Source: Oscillospiraceae bacterium (lineage in GTDB: Bacteria; Bacillota; Clostridia; UBA1381). Taken from it: a DNA stretch of 59,080 nucleotides. The position numbers were made by a program, and so were the translations under genes. The stretch is from the NCBI GenBank assembly GCA_015068545.1, contig SVKH01000001.1, positions 1 to 59,080 on the forward strand, read 5' to 3'. Under the pieces are notes generated by a model that was not told the DNA's origin, did no database searches, and saw only the letters and a list, made by a program, of their open reading frames with translations. Shown in pieces: positions 57,047-59,080 of this stretch (positions are counted from its first letter, which is position 1; every line of letters starts with the position of its first letter).

Positions 57047-57315
57047 AATTATTTCCTCCTTTGTTTAGAAAGCACAAGGTTTAAAATGCTCCTATATAAG
57101 CACCGCCTATGGGCTTAGGAATAAGGTAGCAATTTTGTCATTTTGGAAACTACAATCTGAAAGTAGTAATTTCACATATAATTAAAATAACCTACCTAAT
57201 GCTTTTACATTGGTAGGTTAATTGTACTATAAAATACAGACATTGTCAAGAAATGGAAAAATTAGCCGCCGGTTTATGGGAAAATAATCCGGCAACAAAG
57301 GCAGGTTCTGCCTTA

Positions 57316-58305
57316 TTATTCCATGACTATGCTGTCTATTTGGGATAGCTCTTCGGGAGTAAAGCCTGCAGAATCGGTACACTTTAAATTGTCCAGAATC
57401 TGCTGAGGAGAAGATGCGCCTATCAGTACGCTTGTAACGGCAGGATTTTTCAGTACCCATGCAAGGGACATCTGGGCAAGTGATTGACCTCTTTCCTTTG
57501 CTATACTGTTTAATGCGCTTATTTTTTTTGTCAGCTCCGGAGTGATTTGCTCCTCTTTAAGGAAGTGATTTTTTGATGCACGGCTACCCTTTGGAATACC
57601 GCCTAGGTATCTGTCGGTAAGAAGTCCTTGGGCAAGAGGACTGAAGCATATTACACCTTTCCCCAATTTGCAGGACATATCCAAAAGTCCGTTTTCTTCC
57701 ACATTTCTGTTCAATATATTATACGGATTTTGGTTTATGATAAAAGGTGTTCCGTCCTTTTCCAGTATTTCTGTTGCTTTCTTTAGCGTTTTGCCGTCAT
57801 AGTTGGAAAGTCCTACATACAATGCCTTTCCGCTTTTTACCGCATGAGTAAGTGCAGACATACTCTCCTCTAGTGGTGTTTCCCGGGTCATACGGTGGTG
57901 ATAAAAAATATCCACATAATCTACTCCAAGACGTTTTAGGCTGTTATCCAGACTTGCCAGCATATATTTTCTGCTGCCGCCGTCACCGTAAGGGCCTTCC
58001 CACATATAATATCCGGCTTTGGTGCTGATAATAAGCTGATCACGGTATGCGCTAAGCTCCTCTTTTAAAATTTTGCCGAAGTTAGTCTCGGCACTTCCCG
58101 GCTCCGGACCGTAGTTATTTGCGGCGTCGAAATGAGTTATACCGTTATCAAAGGCGGTAAAGCACATTCTTTTCATATTTTCGTAGTCATCGTATGTGCC
58201 GAAGTTGTGCCATATACCAAGGCTCACTCGAGGTAGTGCAAGACCGGATTTGCCGCAAAAGGCAAATGACGCATTTTCGTAACGTTTTTCGTTAGCAATG
58301 TACAT
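57316..58305 (-). CDS. aldo/keto reductase (right copy)
   Basis: It is 329 aa, the same length as 14248..15237, and highly similar to it. Confidence 0.9.
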   Translation of the reverse strand: MYIANEKRYENASFAFCGKSGLALPRVSLGIWHNFGTYDDYENMKRMCFTAFDNGITHFDAANNYGPEPGSAETNFGKILKEELSAYRDQLIISTKAGYYMWEGPYGDGGSRKYMLASLDNSLKRLGVDYVDIFYHHRMTRETPLEESMSALTHAVKSGKALYVGLSNYDGKTLKKATEILEKDGTPFIINQNPYNILNRNVEENGLLDMSCKLGKGVICFSPLAQGLLTDRYLGGIPKGSRASKNHFLKEEQITPELTKKISALNSIAKERGQSLAQMSLAWVLKNPAVTSVLIGASSPQQILDNLKCTDSAGFTPEELSQIDSIVME

Positions 58306-58325
58306 ATTATATCCCTCCTACTATT

Positions 58326-59080
58326 TTAAAAAGTGCCGAATGATGAAAAGAAGTCATTGCCACCAAACTGCTGTTCTTGGTATTCGTCCCTTTGTCCGCT
58401 GACTTCTATATACATCTGAGCATATGTTGATTCGATGTATGGAGCAATCAGAAAATTTCCTATACAGCAGACCAAGTTTGCCAGTAGCTGCCAACCCAAA
58501 AACGAGAACATTAGCTTGACATAAGCCCATTTGTTGCCCACCATCATTTCCTTGCTGTTTTTAATGGCAGTTTTCCAGTCTTCGTCCGGATTATCCGCCA
58601 GAATGTACTGTACCATAGAGTACTGAAGATCCTTTATAATAGAAGGTATGGAAAAAACGATGGTTGCTACAAGCAAAACTGTGGTTATGAGCATTAATGT
58701 CAAAAGTGCAGAAACAGAATCCTGACGTATTTGGGTAATAAGCATTGTCAGGCGTTGAGGCAGGTTGAAAACAGTAAACGCCACAATTAGCGGTATATAT
58801 CCGGGCAGTGACCACAGAAAAATGTACAGATTTTTCATAAACAGCGTAAGCGTAATATTTTTATAGTTATTTTTAAACGGGAAAAGCAAATCGTTTAAGC
58901 TTCCTCCGCCTTTGGCAGCATTCAGCAGGAATCTTCTGAATCCCACAAGTAACGGCGACAGCAGGAAAATGCTGAACAAAATGCCAACCAGTACCAGTAG
59001 TCCCATTATCATACATATCACAACAATACGAATATTGGACATTTCGGTAAAACTAAGATTTTGAAGCTGTGTAGTATTTA
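58326..59080 (-). CDS. DUF975 family membrane protein (right copy, 5' end outside the window)
   Basis: The frame stays open upstream of the track ATG (59042) to the window edge. The extra residues (..TQLQNLSFTE) align with LQKLQNIDPSQ of the left copy. Confidence 0.7.
   Translation of the reverse strand, partial: NTTQLQNLSFTEMSNIRIVVICMIMGLLVLVGILFSIFLLSPLLVGFRRFLLNAAKGGGSLNDLLFPFKNNYKNITLTLFMKNLYIFLWSLPGYIPLIVAFTVFNLPQRLTMLITQIRQDSVSALLTLMLITTVLLVATIVFSIPSIIKDLQYSMVQYILADNPDEDWKTAIKNSKEMMVGNKWAYVKLMFSFLGWQLLANLVCCIGNFLIAPYIESTYAQMYIEVSGQRDEYQEQQFGGNDFFSSFGTF

Overview
The window looks like chromosomal DNA from a low-GC Gram-positive anaerobe, probably a gut Clostridia or Lachnospiraceae-like organism. 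That guess rests on sporulation-type genes (ytvI, gerM, a SigF/G-like sigma factor), ThiW/ThiT ECF components and a choloylglycine hydrolase. Most of the window is housekeeping. The left end carries rubrerythrin, Mrp/NBP35, a CapD-like dehydratase, proS, metG, ytvI, apgM, degV and trmL. The centre has a five-gene tRNA operon (Gly-Arg-His-Gln-Lys, minus strand), a class V aminotransferase with DUF3343, HAD phosphatases, rsmI, an MreB-like protein, a SNF2/SWIM helicase and trkAH. It continues with a PBP5-like protein, a comEA / two-component system / gerM operon and a thiW-thiM-thiE-thiD operon behind a TPP riboswitch. An sdpRI-like pair, a sigma factor, thiT behind a second TPP riboswitch and a second two-component system complete it. 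The accessory part lies at about 17.8-27.1 kb. A roughly 6.7-kb integrative island sits in the 3' half of tRNA-Lys(UUU), bounded by a perfect 46-bp direct repeat. It encodes a tyrosine integrase, a WYL regulator, a lipoprotein, a small serine recombinase, tandem paralogous unknowns and an HTH/GIY-YIG operon. Next to it is a decayed older mobile-element scar holding a tRNA 3' fragment, a recombinase fragment, a frameshifted deacetylase, an iteron-like array and an AraC remnant. The most unusual observation is that two adjacent, translationally coupled island genes are each interrupted by an in-frame TAG and by nothing else. One of these TAGs falls inside the conserved GIY-YIG core. Other points worth follow-up are listed here. 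(1) A four-gene module (DUF975, aldo/keto reductase, Na+-dependent NSS transporter, choloylglycine hydrolase) occurs twice as diverged inverted copies about 37 kb apart. (2) An array of eight CATGAATTG/CAATTCATG motifs with palindromic spacers lies between a strong promoter and the thi riboswitch. (3) A second half-THI-box sits downstream of the first riboswitch terminator. (4) The PBP5-like protein lacks the SxxK serine and lysine. No CRISPR array, rRNA or recognisable complete defence system was seen. All functional calls come from by-eye motif recognition, with no database search.
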